Assembly (NCBI GenBank): GCA_018263575.1
Contig: JAANWX010000107.1
Location: 127 to 64,126 of the forward strand
DNA from: Chloroflexota bacterium
Lineage (GTDB): Bacteria > Chloroflexota > Anaerolineae > Anaerolineales > UBA11858
Length of the DNA stretch: 64,000 nt
Direction of reading: 5' to 3'
Positions 55,260 to 64,000 of the stretch are shown here, piece after piece. A program made the translations under genes and the position numbers. Position 1 is the first letter of the stretch. Each line of letters starts with the position of its first letter. Under the pieces are notes generated by a model. It was not told where the DNA came from, did no database searches, and saw only the letters and a list, made by a program, of their open reading frames with translations.

Positions 55260-56006
55260 ATGAGTGAATGGATTCTTGGTCGCAACCCCGTTTATGAAGT
55301 CCTGCGCGCGGGGCGAAGGGAGATTTACCAGCTTCGCGTTGCCCGTGGCATAAATGAGGGCGGTCATCTGAGCGACATCTTTCAGCTTGCCTCCCAGGCC
55401 GGGATAGCGGTTGAACGTGTCCCCCGCCAACAATTGCACGGCCTGGGTTCCGCCCACCAAGGCGTCGCCCTAAAAGCCGGCGATTATCCCTACGCAGAAA
55501 TCACAGACATCCTGGAACGAGCCAAAAAACTAGATGAACCTTTCCTGCTTCTTTTCCTAGACGTCCTCAAAGACCCTCAAAACGTGGGATCATTAATTAG
55601 AACCGCAGAAGCTGTGGGCGTGCACGGGGTAGTCCTCCCTTACCGGCGGACGGCCACCATCACGCCCGCTGTAGTCAGTGCCTCCTCAGGGGCCAGCGAA
55701 CACATGCTCATTGCTCAAGCCAACCTGGCCCAAACCATTACCATACTAAAAGAAGAGGGGGCGTGGGTGGTGGGGCTGGAGGCTGGGGACGAGGCCCAAC
55801 CGCCGGGCAAAATCGACCTCTCCGGGCCCATGGTGGTCGTGGTGGGAAGCGAAGAGCAAGGCATGCGCCGCTTGGTCCGCTCCTCGTGTGACTTCCTTAT
55901 GGAATTACCCATGCGCGGAAAAATCGACTCCCTCAACGCCGCCGTCGCAGGATCAGTGGCCTTATATCTCGTTTGGGAAGCCAGGGAGTACCGGGGGCAA
56001 ACTTAA
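55260..56006 (+). CDS. rlmB: 23S rRNA (guanosine-2'-O)-methyltransferase RlmB (SpoU/TrmH)
   Basis: D.L.DPQNVGSLIRTAEA.G, VVGSEE.G and SLNAAVAGS. It follows cysS as in Firmicutes (yacO). Confidence 0.85.
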   Translation: MSEWILGRNPVYEVLRAGRREIYQLRVARGINEGGHLSDIFQLASQAGIAVERVPRQQLHGLGSAHQGVALKAGDYPYAEITDILERAKKLDEPFLLLFLDVLKDPQNVGSLIRTAEAVGVHGVVLPYRRTATITPAVVSASSGASEHMLIAQANLAQTITILKEEGAWVVGLEAGDEAQPPGKIDLSGPMVVVVGSEEQGMRRLVRSSCDFLMELPMRGKIDSLNAAVAGSVALYLVWEAREYRGQT

Positions 56007-56034
56007 ACTCCCCCGCCACTCGCACACTCGCACC

Positions 56035-56715
56035 TTATCCCGCTAAAACCTCCCCAAGCTCCGCCGTCTCCTCCAAAATCAAATCTGCTCCCGCTTCCAG
56101 AAGCTCCTCCTTCTCCCCAAAACCGCACAACACCCCTACAGACTGTGCCCCAGCGGCGTGCGCTGCCTTAATGTCTACCGTTGTGTCGCCAATCATCAGG
56201 CAATTTTCAGGCTTGACCCCCATCTGTTCGGCGGCCCACAGGATAGGGTCAGGGTACGGCTTAGTGTATTGGCAAGTTTGCGCCGTAGCCACACATTGGA
56301 AATATCCGGAAAGCTGGAATTGCTCTAAAAACCGCGCCGTGCTTTTCCCACCCCGTGCGCTTACCACGGATAGCGGATATTTCTCGTACAGGGTGGCCAG
56401 CATTTCCTTCACGCCGGGGATAAGTAAGAAAGGCTTAGGCGTTTTCCCCAACCCCAAACGATAAAACCAATCCCCCAAAGCGGCAATTTCATCATCAATG
56501 CCCAGTTTATCGGGCAGACCATAAAGCGCGTTCCCTGGGCTCTCCGTGGCCATCACCACCCGGCGCGCAAAGGGACGCGGATTACGCTCCGGGAAGAGAA
56601 AGCCCACCACGCTCAACCTGGCGGACAACTTCTCCACAAACACATCGTCCGTATCACTTAACGTCCCATCCACATCAAAACACAAAGCCTCTATTCGCGA
56701 TAAGGTTAAAGTCAT
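56035..56715 (-). CDS. HAD-IA family hydrolase (phosphoglycolate-phosphatase-like)
   Basis: FDVDGTLSDT (DxDxT), a Ser/Thr motif, and GDTTVDI near the C-terminus. Confidence 0.8.
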   Translation of the reverse strand: MTLTLSRIEALCFDVDGTLSDTDDVFVEKLSARLSVVGFLFPERNPRPFARRVVMATESPGNALYGLPDKLGIDDEIAALGDWFYRLGLGKTPKPFLLIPGVKEMLATLYEKYPLSVVSARGGKSTARFLEQFQLSGYFQCVATAQTCQYTKPYPDPILWAAEQMGVKPENCLMIGDTTVDIKAAHAAGAQSVGVLCGFGEKEELLEAGADLILEETAELGEVLAG

Positions 56716-56811
56716 AGTACTTCCTTTTGGGGTTTCCTTTCTAGTTGGTAAATTTTATCTATTTTACCAGTCCCCGCCACCAAACGTGAAGCCGTGGAAG
56801 TAGTCATTATC

Positions 56812-56840
56812 TTGACAAAGTTCAACAAAGCGATAACAAT
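56812..56840 (+). promoter_or_regulatory. Candidate sigma70 promoter for the ECF sigma operon
   Basis: TTGACA (56812-56817), a 17-nt spacer, then AACAAT (56835-56840). Confidence 0.3.
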
Positions 56841-56883
56841 CCTAATACATCTTTCTTTGATAACGAAACAGGAAACCTAGGAC

Positions 56884-57492
56884 ATGGAAACAGCAGATTT
56901 AATTGCACAGGCTCTCGAGGGTGATTTGGAATCCTTTAATCAAATCGTCCTCGAGTACCAAGATATGGTCTATTACCAGGCCTACCGCGTGATGGGAGAG
57001 CCTGACGCTGCGGAGGATGCGACTCAAGAAGCCTTCATCTCGGCGTATCAAAAGCTGCACACCTACCGGGGCGGTTCTTTTAAGAGCTGGCTGCTGAGAA
57101 TTGTCACCAACGCTTGTTATGACGAGCTGCGCAGGCGGCAAAGGCAGCCTGTTGCTCCCCTCAATCCACACGATGACGCTGGCGACGAGCTTGAATCCCC
57201 CGCCTGGTTGGAGGATCCCGCCGAAAAACCCGATCAGCGCGTAGAACGCTTCGAACTTTCACAAGCCATTCAAGATTGCTTGAATGAACTAGATGCCAAA
57301 TTCCGCTCGGTGGTAGTGTTGGTTGATATTCAGGGGCTAGATTACCAAACCACAGCGGAGGTTGTGGAGCGTCCCCTGGGCACAATCAAGAGCCGCCTGG
57401 CCCGCGCCCGGCGCAGTTTACAGGAATGCCTGCAAGGTTTTGGGGAACTTTTACCGCCCGATTTGCGTCTGGAAGGTGAGGAGCTACTATGA
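56884..57492 (+). CDS. ECF sigma-70 factor
   Basis: Region 2 is SWLLRIVTNACYDELRRR. Region 4 is YQTTAEVVERPLGTIKSRLARARRSL. Confidence 0.85.
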   Translation: METADLIAQALEGDLESFNQIVLEYQDMVYYQAYRVMGEPDAAEDATQEAFISAYQKLHTYRGGSFKSWLLRIVTNACYDELRRRQRQPVAPLNPHDDAGDELESPAWLEDPAEKPDQRVERFELSQAIQDCLNELDAKFRSVVVLVDIQGLDYQTTAEVVERPLGTIKSRLARARRSLQECLQGFGELLPPDLRLEGEELL

Positions 57493-58325
57493 CAATGAAA
57501 ATTTCCCGCCAAGATTGGGAGACCCTTTCCGCGTATGTGGATGGCGAACTCTCGAAACGCGCCACAACTCGTTTGGAAAAACGGCTTCAATCGGAACCGG
57601 CCCTGCAAATTGCCCTACAAGAACTAGAGCGCACACAAAATATCCTGCGCCACGCCCCACGCCTGTCTGCTCCCCGTGATTTTAGATTAACGCCAGAAAT
57701 GGTAGAGCAGGCCGCGAAACCTCGCCAAACCCGCCTTTTCTCCGCCTTTCGCACAGCGGCCGTGTTAACCTCCGTGCTATTGGTCGCCGTGCTGGTCTTG
57801 GACTTTGGAGGCGGGATTCTGCAGCCCAAGACGGCCATGGCCCCCCTCCCCATGCAGGAAGAGGCCTTGGAAGCTCCTCGGGCAGAGAGCCGGGAAGAGG
57901 CTGAACCGCAAGGGGAGGTCATAGCCATTGAGGTAACTGAAATAAGTGAGGAAGCTGAGGAGGAAGTCCTGAAAGCGGCCCCGGCAGCGGAGGAAGAAAT
58001 GCCTCCAGAAGAGCCGCAAGCAGAAGCTATGGTTGAGGAAGAGGCAGAAGAAGTGGAGGCAGAAAAATCCGCTGAAGCCGCTGGGGCGGGGGTTACGGAT
58101 GATGCCTCATCCCCCTCCCCTACTGAGGCGGTGCCCACACCCACAGTTGAGCAGCCCACGCCCACCCAACCGCCTCCCACGCCCACCCGTTCTCCTCAAC
58201 CCGCGAGGGCGGAACCGGTTCCCCAACCCGGCCTTCCCCTGTTGCGAATACTGGAGATTGTGTTTGGCCTAGCAGTGGCAGCCTTTGGCGCAGCAGCCTG
58301 GTTGACAAAGCGAAAGGGGACTTGA
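57489..58325 (+). CDS. Anti-sigma factor (single-pass, acidic/Pro-rich ectodomain)
   Basis: ATGA overlap with the sigma gene. LSAYVDGELS...LE..L is a typical anti-sigma N-terminus. One TM helix and a second C-terminal helix. Confidence 0.65.
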   Translation: MTMKISRQDWETLSAYVDGELSKRATTRLEKRLQSEPALQIALQELERTQNILRHAPRLSAPRDFRLTPEMVEQAAKPRQTRLFSAFRTAAVLTSVLLVAVLVLDFGGGILQPKTAMAPLPMQEEALEAPRAESREEAEPQGEVIAIEVTEISEEAEEEVLKAAPAAEEEMPPEEPQAEAMVEEEAEEVEAEKSAEAAGAGVTDDASSPSPTEAVPTPTVEQPTPTQPPPTPTRSPQPARAEPVPQPGLPLLRILEIVFGLAVAAFGAAAWLTKRKGT

Positions 58326-58813
58326 TGGTGGCCGAAGAAGTCAAGTTCTGTCTCCGCTGTGGTACCAGTTTGGAGATAACCCAGCGCGCGGGACGCCACC
58401 GGCCTGCTTGCCCCCACTGTGGGTGGGTGTTTTTTCCTGATCCTAAAGTGGCCGTGCTCGTCCTCATCGAACGCGAGGATAAGGTGCTGCTCGTTCAACG
58501 CGCTCATTCTCCCTACAAGGGCAAATGGACGCTCCCGGCCGGCTTCTTAGACGCTGGTGAAGACCCAGCCCGGGCCGCGGAACGCGAAGTCAGGGAGGAG
58601 ACCAATCTCCAGGTACGGGCTGACGAATTAATAGATGTCATCAGTGGCAAGGTGCCGCCGCGCGGGGCAAATATTCTCATCCTTTACAGGGGAGAAATCC
58701 TGGATGGAGAACTCAAGGCTGGCGATGACGCAGCACAAGCGGCCTTTTTTACCCTCGACGATTTACCCCCTTTAGCTTTCGAAGCCACGAAAGGAATCTT
58801 GGCAGGAAAATAG
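58325..58813 (+). CDS. NUDIX hydrolase with N-terminal zinc ribbon
   Basis: CLRCG...CPHCG, then the Nudix box GKWTLPAGFLDAGEDPARAAEREVREETNL. TGATG overlap with the anti-sigma stop. Confidence 0.85.
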   Translation: MVAEEVKFCLRCGTSLEITQRAGRHRPACPHCGWVFFPDPKVAVLVLIEREDKVLLVQRAHSPYKGKWTLPAGFLDAGEDPARAAEREVREETNLQVRADELIDVISGKVPPRGANILILYRGEILDGELKAGDDAAQAAFFTLDDLPPLAFEATKGILAGK

Positions 58814-59026
58814 TAACTTCTCAATATTCCGGGGAAATGTAGGTCGAAATGGTATTTCGGTGCAAAGTTGCACTTTGCCTAGGCGATTTACCAAATCGCC
58901 CTATCGCGTAGCATCCCTGTAGAGGGACATCAGCCCCCTATTTTTTGAGATGATACGGAAAATACAAAAAATCCTAATGGCCTTATGTACAGAGCCGCCG
59001 TATTTGGCGGGTATTGTACCTCTTCA

Positions 59027-59114
59027 GGCACACCAAATGGGTGTGCTCGCTTTGCGTACCACCGGTATGCATTCCCTGGCCGAAGGCCCGCAAAGCGTGG
59101 GCAACACCGTGTGG
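59027..59114 (+). repeat. 88-nt multi-hairpin repeat, copy R2
   Basis: See 5126-5213. Contains the local hairpins CACACC/GGGUGUG, GCGUACC-ACC-GGUAUGC and GGCC-GAA-GGCC, and the long-range pair GCUUUGCG/CGCAAAGC. Confidence 0.9.
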
Positions 59115-59182
59115 TTACGCGAAAACCCGCCCTACGTCGACAATGCCAAACTGTGGTGTTGCCACAATTTTTCGGGGGAAAA

Positions 59183-60247
59183 CTACTCGCCATTTTCTTC
59201 AGGTTCAACGGGGAGAGTTTCTTCTTCCGGGGCGGGTTCCTCAAATGGTTCCGGTAAGGCCTCGACGGCGACATCCTGGGGAGAGGGGTCGGATTTTGGG
59301 TAATGCTGCGTGCCGAATCTGGTCAAGGCAACGGCGCCCAACATCCACATTCCCACAAAGAATTTCGGCATCCATCCCACACAGGGCACAACTTCTTTGA
59401 ATCCATTCAGTATGAGAAATAAAATAAACATGCCCAAGCCAGCATAGAGGGCCGGAGACCAGGCCTGGCTGGTGGCTTTCATGAGCCGTTTGCCAACTTC
59501 GAGGCTGATGGCCGTCAATCCCAAAACCCAGGCCACAAAGAGAATGAGGACAGCGATCAGGCTGAGGGGACTGAGCAAGATGGTGATGATGAGGGCCAGA
59601 AGGGCAACGGGGGTGAGGATGACGATCAATAAGCCCACGCCCACGCTGCTGACTGGCGCCTGCAAAGCAACCTTGCTGACAACTTCAGATTGTTCCTGGA
59701 AGAAAAGCGTGACCAAAATAGCCACTCCTGTCCAAATCAGGAGCCGGAACAAGAACCAAAATCCCGCCGCCAAGGGCGCATGCCAAAAACTAAAAAGTCG
59801 ATTTGTGTTGTCGGGTATGCGCCAATCTGTAGGAAAATCAAATTCAAAGGGAACGTCTCCTGAGGTGACGATATTGCCGTTGATTTGCGCCTCTTCAGAA
59901 CGCTCCAATCCGCCGCCCAGGGCAGTAAGCTCCCCATTGATGTTAGCCTGAGACTTGACATCCAGGTATCCGCCCAGAGCAACCAGGTCACCGTTAACGG
60001 TCCCGTCCACGCTGACGCGCCCGCCCAGGACGACCACGTCTCCATTAACGGTCGTATCCCGTTCGAGGGTGACGTTTCCGCCAAAGACCACCAAGTCACC
60101 ATCTTGGGTTTCGCCCTCGTAGAGGGTGAAATTACTTCCAAAGATGACTTTATCATCCTTGGGACCGGCCGCTTGTGCGGCCTGGGGAAAGAGAAGAGCT
60201 AAAATTAATAATCCCAGGACTAAGAATTTACGAGTTTTTGCATTCAT
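59183..60247 (-). CDS. Membrane protein with bactofilin-like beta-helix repeats
   Basis: Signal peptide, GDLVVFGGNVTL..TVNGDVVVLGGRVSVDGTVNGDLVALGG repeats, about 5 C-terminal TM helices, and an acidic tail. Confidence 0.55.
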   Translation of the reverse strand: MNAKTRKFLVLGLLILALLFPQAAQAAGPKDDKVIFGSNFTLYEGETQDGDLVVFGGNVTLERDTTVNGDVVVLGGRVSVDGTVNGDLVALGGYLDVKSQANINGELTALGGGLERSEEAQINGNIVTSGDVPFEFDFPTDWRIPDNTNRLFSFWHAPLAAGFWFLFRLLIWTGVAILVTLFFQEQSEVVSKVALQAPVSSVGVGLLIVILTPVALLALIITILLSPLSLIAVLILFVAWVLGLTAISLEVGKRLMKATSQAWSPALYAGLGMFILFLILNGFKEVVPCVGWMPKFFVGMWMLGAVALTRFGTQHYPKSDPSPQDVAVEALPEPFEEPAPEEETLPVEPEENGE

Positions 60248-60789
60248 CCTGTGACCTCCTTGTTAAATGAGATAGAATTTTTCGATAGAGTGATGACCCA
60301 AGTGGTGACAATCCCGCTTAGGCTGAAAATAAAAGCCAAAATCCAACTTTGGGGAATCAACTTGATTCCCACGCGCAAAACAGGGGAAAAGAAATTTTCA
60401 AGCGAGGTAAGCAAATTGAACCATCGTGCGGCTTGAGAAATGGCCACTGCGATGAGTTGCGGAAAGTATTCTGCACGGGAAATGATTTGCAGGCTGAGTC
60501 CAACCAAAGTAAATAAAAAAGCCAAGGTTAAAACGCTCAGCATTATCCAAGTAGCAAAGTTCTTTCTGCCTTCTTCCACTTTGGCAAGTCGTTCTTTCCA
60601 GCGGGAGGTGAAGCCGGGCTGGGGGTAAGGAGCGGGGGAGGTGGCAAAAAGGTGCTCGATCTCCCGCTGCGCCTGTGCCAATCGCCGGCATTGAGAGCAA
60701 GTTCTCAAGTGCTGGTAGTACTCTCGTTCTTGCTCAGCATCCAGCTTGGTTTCTAATAAAATCCAGGTTTCATAAGGTTGGTGATTCAT
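60244..60789 (-). CDS. Anti-sigma factor (zf-HC2-like)
   Basis: HLRTCSQCRRL motif, then 3 TM helices. It overlaps both neighbours. Confidence 0.6.
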   Translation of the reverse strand: MNHQPYETWILLETKLDAEQEREYYQHLRTCSQCRRLAQAQREIEHLFATSPAPYPQPGFTSRWKERLAKVEEGRKNFATWIMLSVLTLAFLFTLVGLSLQIISRAEYFPQLIAVAISQAARWFNLLTSLENFFSPVLRVGIKLIPQSWILAFIFSLSGIVTTWVITLSKNSISFNKEVTG

Positions 60790-61381
60790 GAGCTATCCTT
60801 TCCGAAGGAATATGGGTGACTTGAGGAACCAAGGGTTCCTTTTGCCACTCCTCGGCCATCGTCTTCCGGGCGCGAAAGAGACGACTCTTGACCGCGCTGA
60901 CCGTAAGTGAAAGAGCTTCGGCAATCTCTTGGTAAGAAAAGTCGTGCCAATATTGGAGGACAATGGCGGCCCGGTCAGTCTCGCTTAAGGTTTCTAACAA
61001 GGCATGAACTTGAGCTTGTTTTTCCTTCTCTACAAGTGACCTCTCGGGCGTTGGGTCTTGCGCGGGAGGGGCTAACCAGCCATACTTTTCGTTGTCCATA
61101 GAAAGCAGCGTGACTTTCCTTTTTCGGATTTGGTCAATACAATAATTCGAAGCGATAGAAAGCACCCAGGTAGCGAAAGATCTTTCAACGTCGTAGCTGT
61201 CTATGGCTTTATAGGCCCGAATAAACGCTTCTTGGGCAGCATCTTCAGCGGCCGTTGGCGTGCCCAGCATGCGGTAACAAACACTGAACACCTGCTTTTG
61301 ATAGGCGACTACCAGGTTCGAAAAAGCATCTGCGTTGCCTTCTTGAGCCTGCCTGGCCCATTGTTTTTCATCTTTATGCAC
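60770..61381 (-). CDS. ECF sigma-70 factor
   Basis: Region 2 is TWVLSIASNYCIDQIRKR. Region 4 is SYQEIAEALSLTVSAVKSRLFRARK. Confidence 0.85.
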   Translation of the reverse strand: MHKDEKQWARQAQEGNADAFSNLVVAYQKQVFSVCYRMLGTPTAAEDAAQEAFIRAYKAIDSYDVERSFATWVLSIASNYCIDQIRKRKVTLLSMDNEKYGWLAPPAQDPTPERSLVEKEKQAQVHALLETLSETDRAAIVLQYWHDFSYQEIAEALSLTVSAVKSRLFRARKTMAEEWQKEPLVPQVTHIPSERIAHESPTL

Positions 61382-61568
61382 AATTATCTCCTGATGGCAT
61401 GCCGTGTTTCTCGTGTATTACTACGGGGGATGTTTCAAATAGTTGCAAAAGTGGGGGAGAGGTGAGGGGGTGGCGGGATGAGGGGGAGCGGGAGGGCGAG
61501 CGGTAATGTGCGGCGACATGTCCCGTAAGTGACCATCTCCCCCTGCGGAACGAACCACAGCCCGGTGT

Positions 61569-61800
61569 TGGTCAGTGGGCCAGTGGACCAGTTGACCAGT
61601 AGATCAGTAGACCAGTTTGACCAGTGGGCCAGTGGACCAGTTGACCAGTAGACCAGTAGACCAGTTTGACCAGTTTGACCAGTGAGACCAGTGAGACCAG
61701 TAGACCAGTTGACCAGTTTGACCAGTGGGCCAGTGGACCAGTTGACCAGTTAGACCAGTAGACCAGTTGACCAGTCTGACCAGTCCGACCAGTCAGACCA
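61569..61800. repeat. Tandem array of about 28 units GACCAGTN(N) (8-9 nt)
   Basis: Read directly. The block GACCAGTTTGACCAGTGGGCCAGTGGACCAGTTGACCAGTA recurs three times. The last unit contains the stop codon of the GGDEF gene (61793-61795). Confidence 0.95.
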
Positions 61801-62800
61801 CCCGACTAAAGTACTGATAATTATCTCGCCCCTGCTCCTTGACCCGATACATGGCAATATCAGCGTTCTTCATCAAAGTTTCGAGGTCATCGCCGTCATC
61901 GGGGTAGAAAGTGATGCCAAGGCTAGCCGTAATGCTAATCCCAGAGTCGTTCACTGAAAAAGGGGTCCGGAAGGCTTTCAATATTCTCTGCGCGGTCTCG
62001 GTGGCATTCTCAACTTGGTCTATTTCTGGTAAAAGGAGCAAAAATTCGTCGCCTCCCAACCTAGCGATGGTATCGCTTTCTCGCAGGGTTTGGCGTAGTC
62101 GTTCCCCAACTGTTTGCAAGAGCATGTCGCCGGTCTGGTGCCCCAGCATGTCGTTGATAGTTTTAAAGTGATCCAAATCCAAAAACATGATGGCCAAGAA
62201 TAGCTGGTTGCGTTTAGCGCGGGCTATTTCAAGCTCTGCTCGTTCTCTGAGCGATAGCCGGTTGGGCAAACCGGTCAAGGCATCGTGTGTAGCTGCGTGT
62301 TTGAAGTTTTCCTCAGCCTGCTTTCGTCGGGCTATCTCTTCCTGGAGTTTCTCATTGAGATGGCGCATTTCCGGCAAGTCGTTGAAACGGGCGATGGCAA
62401 TCGCTGCGGCCCGTTCAATCTCTTGCATTTTGGGCGGTTTGAGGAGATAAGCGCCCGCGCCCACAGCTTTAGCTTTGCTGATTAGGGTTGGGTTCTCATG
62501 CGCGGTGAGAATGATCACGGGTGTGGGACATTGTTCTTGAATACGTTGCGTGGCTATCGCCCCAGCTTCCATATTGGTATGCCCAGTATTATTCTCCTGC
62601 ATTTGCAAGTCCATTAGGACAAGGTCTGGCCCAAGCTCCTTTGTCATCTCGACAGCTTGTCGCCCATCGAACGCACGGCCTGCAATGTTATGGCCCTCTA
62701 ACTCAAGTTGCCTGCAAATCAGTTGGTTAGCAAGCGGATCGTCTTCAACAACTAATATATTTAGAGGGCTTACGGTCAGCATTTTCTCTCTCCCGGGCAA
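61793..62800 (-). CDS. Response-regulator receiver plus GGDEF diguanylate cyclase
   Basis: ILVVEDD...DLVLMDLQM receiver domain, a coiled linker, then GGDEFLLLL and RxxD-like context. Confidence 0.85.
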   Translation of the reverse strand: MPGREKMLTVSPLNILVVEDDPLANQLICRQLELEGHNIAGRAFDGRQAVEMTKELGPDLVLMDLQMQENNTGHTNMEAGAIATQRIQEQCPTPVIILTAHENPTLISKAKAVGAGAYLLKPPKMQEIERAAAIAIARFNDLPEMRHLNEKLQEEIARRKQAEENFKHAATHDALTGLPNRLSLRERAELEIARAKRNQLFLAIMFLDLDHFKTINDMLGHQTGDMLLQTVGERLRQTLRESDTIARLGGDEFLLLLPEIDQVENATETAQRILKAFRTPFSVNDSGISITASLGITFYPDDGDDLETLMKNADIAMYRVKEQGRDNYQYFSRVV

Positions 62801-62816
62801 GGTTTGGAGATCTCAG

Positions 62817-64000
62817 CTACTCCAACTCACTGGTCATAATAAAAAGCGGCTTCATTGAAAAACGCTTATAGGTTGGGCGCAGGCGTTCCGTATTATAGTG
62901 TTTGCGGACATCAACTATCTTGCTCGAACGAGCAACCACTTCAATAGGGACATTATCGTAGCGGCCATTCTTCAAAACGACCAACCGCCCGTGAACGTTT
63001 TGGAGGATTAAGTCCAAGGCCAGGTTCCCGTAGGCCATGGGAACTATTGAATCGATGGCGTCAGGGCTGCCTCCACGCACCAAATAACCAAGCTTCTGGT
63101 TGACAATATTAATGGACGTGCCATTATTATATTTCGCAGAACGCTTTTTAAGTTCCTCTGAAACCAAGTCTCCAATACCGCCTAGTTTTTTATGCCCATA
63201 GGCATCTGTAGTGGTGTCTTTGAATACCATTTCTCCCCCTTTGAACATAGCACCCTCTGAGACCAAAACAATCGAGTATCGACTGGGATTCTTAAAACGG
63301 TCATAAGCTAGAAGTTCTGTCAATTTCTCGATATCGAAATTGTGTTCGGGAATCACGCAGCGATCGGCGGCCCCGGCCATGGTGGGCAGCATGGCTGTAA
63401 ATCCCGCATAACGTCCAAAGACTTCCAAAACCAAAAAGCGTTCGTGGGAGCCTGCTGTTGTGCGCAAATCGTTCGTGATCTCAATAGTTCGAGTGACACA
63501 GGTACTGAAACCAATGCAATAATCGGTGCCGGGGACATCATTATCCATTGTTTTAGGGATGCCAACAATTTTGACGCCTTCTCGATAGAGTTCAACAGCG
63601 TAACCTAATGTATCGTCACCACCGATTGGGATCAAGTAGTCAATGCCTAGGTAATCGAGGTTTTTAAGCACTTCCGGGGTGAGATTGTTCATCTCGTCGC
63701 CATATTTTTCACGCAGGTGCGGGGGAACATCAGCTTTAGGGACTCGGCTGGGGCATGTGCGTGAACTGTGCAGGAAAGTTCCTCCAGTTCTTCCAGCTTT
63801 GTTGACTAACCCCTCCGTTAGAATCTCAAAATTATTTGAGTTATCCGCATCTTTATCACGCTTCATTCCCATGATGCCGGCCCAACCGCGACGGAGGCCA
63901 ATGACCTTGTACCCCTCACGAAGAGCCCTAATGGTAACCGCGCGAATGGCCGGGTTCAGCCCCGGAACATCCCCGCCGCCCGTGAGAATACCAATTACTA
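62817..64000 (-). CDS. pfk: 6-phosphofructokinase (ATP- or PPi-dependent), 5'-partial at the window edge
   Basis: GGDDTLGYA, IPKTMDNDV and MGR-like motifs. Translating upstream of the ORF-track Met gives ILTGGGDVPGLNPAIRAV, the true N-terminal region, so the gene continues past 64000. Confidence 0.85.
   Translation of the reverse strand, partial: VIGILTGGGDVPGLNPAIRAVTIRALREGYKVIGLRRGWAGIMGMKRDKDADNSNNFEILTEGLVNKAGRTGGTFLHSSRTCPSRVPKADVPPHLREKYGDEMNNLTPEVLKNLDYLGIDYLIPIGGDDTLGYAVELYREGVKIVGIPKTMDNDVPGTDYCIGFSTCVTRTIEITNDLRTTAGSHERFLVLEVFGRYAGFTAMLPTMAGAADRCVIPEHNFDIEKLTELLAYDRFKNPSRYSIVLVSEGAMFKGGEMVFKDTTTDAYGHKKLGGIGDLVSEELKKRSAKYNNGTSINIVNQKLGYLVRGGSPDAIDSIVPMAYGNLALDLILQNVHGRLVVLKNGRYDNVPIEVVARSSKIVDVRKHYNTERLRPTYKRFSMKPLFIMTSELE

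Noticed and set aside
57587-58186. 199-aa minus-strand ORF
   Set aside because: It is antisense to the anti-sigma gene's acidic/Pro-rich region and is low-complexity.

Overview
This is a 64-kb stretch of bacterial chromosome with moderate, mosaic GC content. No rRNA, tRNA or CRISPR array was recognised. I support about 60 CDSs.

Most CDSs are housekeeping genes: plsY, yraN, miaA, an acyl-CoA ligase, guaB, mpg, a class A PBP, recN, nadK, ssb, purA, slyD-like, pncC/cinA, ubiE/menG, cysS, rlmB and a partial pfk. Regulatory and envelope genes are also present:
- three ECF sigma/anti-sigma pairs
- a SARP-AAA-TPR regulator
- a Hanks-type kinase
- a receiver-GGDEF protein
- two bactofilin-like proteins
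- three canonical type II TA pairs (Phd/PIN, AbrB/ParE-RelE, MazEF) and a TA-like DUF5678/retropepsin pair

The T-box, the Firmicute-like yacL-cysS-rlmB and nadK-recN synteny, and the many Pro/Thr-linker lipoproteins suggest a Chloroflexota-like organism. That placement is tentative and cannot be tested here.

The most unusual content is non-coding or degenerate:
1. A complete Val-type T-box leader, with a consensus promoter and a terminator, sits directly in front of a BNR-repeat lipoprotein gene.
2. Five 7-9-nt tandem satellite arrays belong to three unit families. Four of them start within about 30 nt of a stop codon.
3. A 98-bp MITE-like element with 13-bp perfect terminal inverted repeats (TIRs) occurs in two inverted copies, plus a solo TIR-TIR palindrome.
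4. An 88-nt multi-hairpin repeat occurs in two full copies and one internally deleted copy.
5. A repeat of about 155 nt has a long-range stem. One copy is fused to an orphan clpB 3' fragment that keeps its terminator.
6. A Cas4-like PD-(D/E)xK/Fe-S nuclease carries a membrane-hairpin insertion and is interrupted by an in-frame TAG.
7. A tandem duplication of a UMF1-type MFS gene brackets two methyltransferase genes.

All calls come from reading the sequence and ORF translations by eye. No searches or folding programs were run.
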